A DNA stretch of 36,276 nt from IMG/VR virus record IMGVR_UViG_3300027373_000206, positions 1-36,276 of that record, one strand, 5' to 3'. Positions within the stretch are counted from its first letter, which is position 1. The number at the start of each line of letters is the position of its first letter. The position numbers and the translations under genes are program-made. The notes beneath the pieces were generated by a model that worked only from the letters and a program-made list of their open reading frames with translations, was not told where the DNA came from and made no database searches. The stretch comes from a virus. Taxonomy: Duplodnaviria; Caudoviricetes. Positions 36,119 through 36,276 of this stretch are shown piece after piece.

Positions 36119-36276
36119 TCATTGCATAAATGTACATATTTTGCTGCACATTTGGAAATACAACTATTTAAACAAAATTGTAGGCAATATTCTTTTTCAG
36201 TAGATTCTACTATCTGAACAAATCTATTATTTGTCTGAATTACACAGGTATATGCAAATAAAAAACTCTGCAACAT

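Larger units (their letters stand above)
1..36276. mobile_element. Temperate siphovirus-like prophage of a Bacteroidota host (left part extends beyond the window)
   Basis: Integrase, divergent repressor/Cro-like switch, replication and methyltransferase genes, protease, capsid, terminase, portal and tape measure. Bacteroidota-type TAnnTTTG promoter element and AT-rich, SD-less start contexts. Confidence 0.95.

Noticed and set aside
36085-36276. 64-aa N-terminal extension of the integrase
   Set aside because: The recognisable domain begins at MITLKIVIR; the upstream region looks non-coding and carries repeats.
1-36276. Stop-codon reassignment, tRNA or rRNA genes
   Set aside because: The standard code gives dense, coupled ORFs; no tRNA or rRNA pattern was seen by eye.

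Overview
This AT-rich window is most of a temperate siphovirus-like prophage of a Bacteroidota host. The right end carries a tyrosine integrase and the left end runs off inside a tail gene; no lysis genes are visible. Bases 1-28412 are minus strand. Read right to left, they hold early and regulatory genes, a C5 methyltransferase, a putative replication initiator, a putative late activator, S49 protease, capsid, tail tube, a frameshifted chaperone-like pair, a ParB-methyltransferase, terminase, portal, neck genes, tape measure and tail genes. Bases 28554-34850 are plus strand: a repressor, then an accessory/defence array. Signals not shown by the ORF track: (1) a fixed-spacing promoter motif DGTCCTTY-N24-TTTG at five intergenic sites; (2) a GC-rich hairpin RNA downstream of one of these; (3) a DGR variable-region-like segment with no RT or template in the window; (4) a -1 frameshift at A_AAA_AAG; (5) a domain shared by capsid and tail tube; (6) a duplicated mini-ORF flanking AbiH; (7) an uncharacterised soluble + 4TM gene pair. 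All family assignments come from motif recognition by eye, not database searches.
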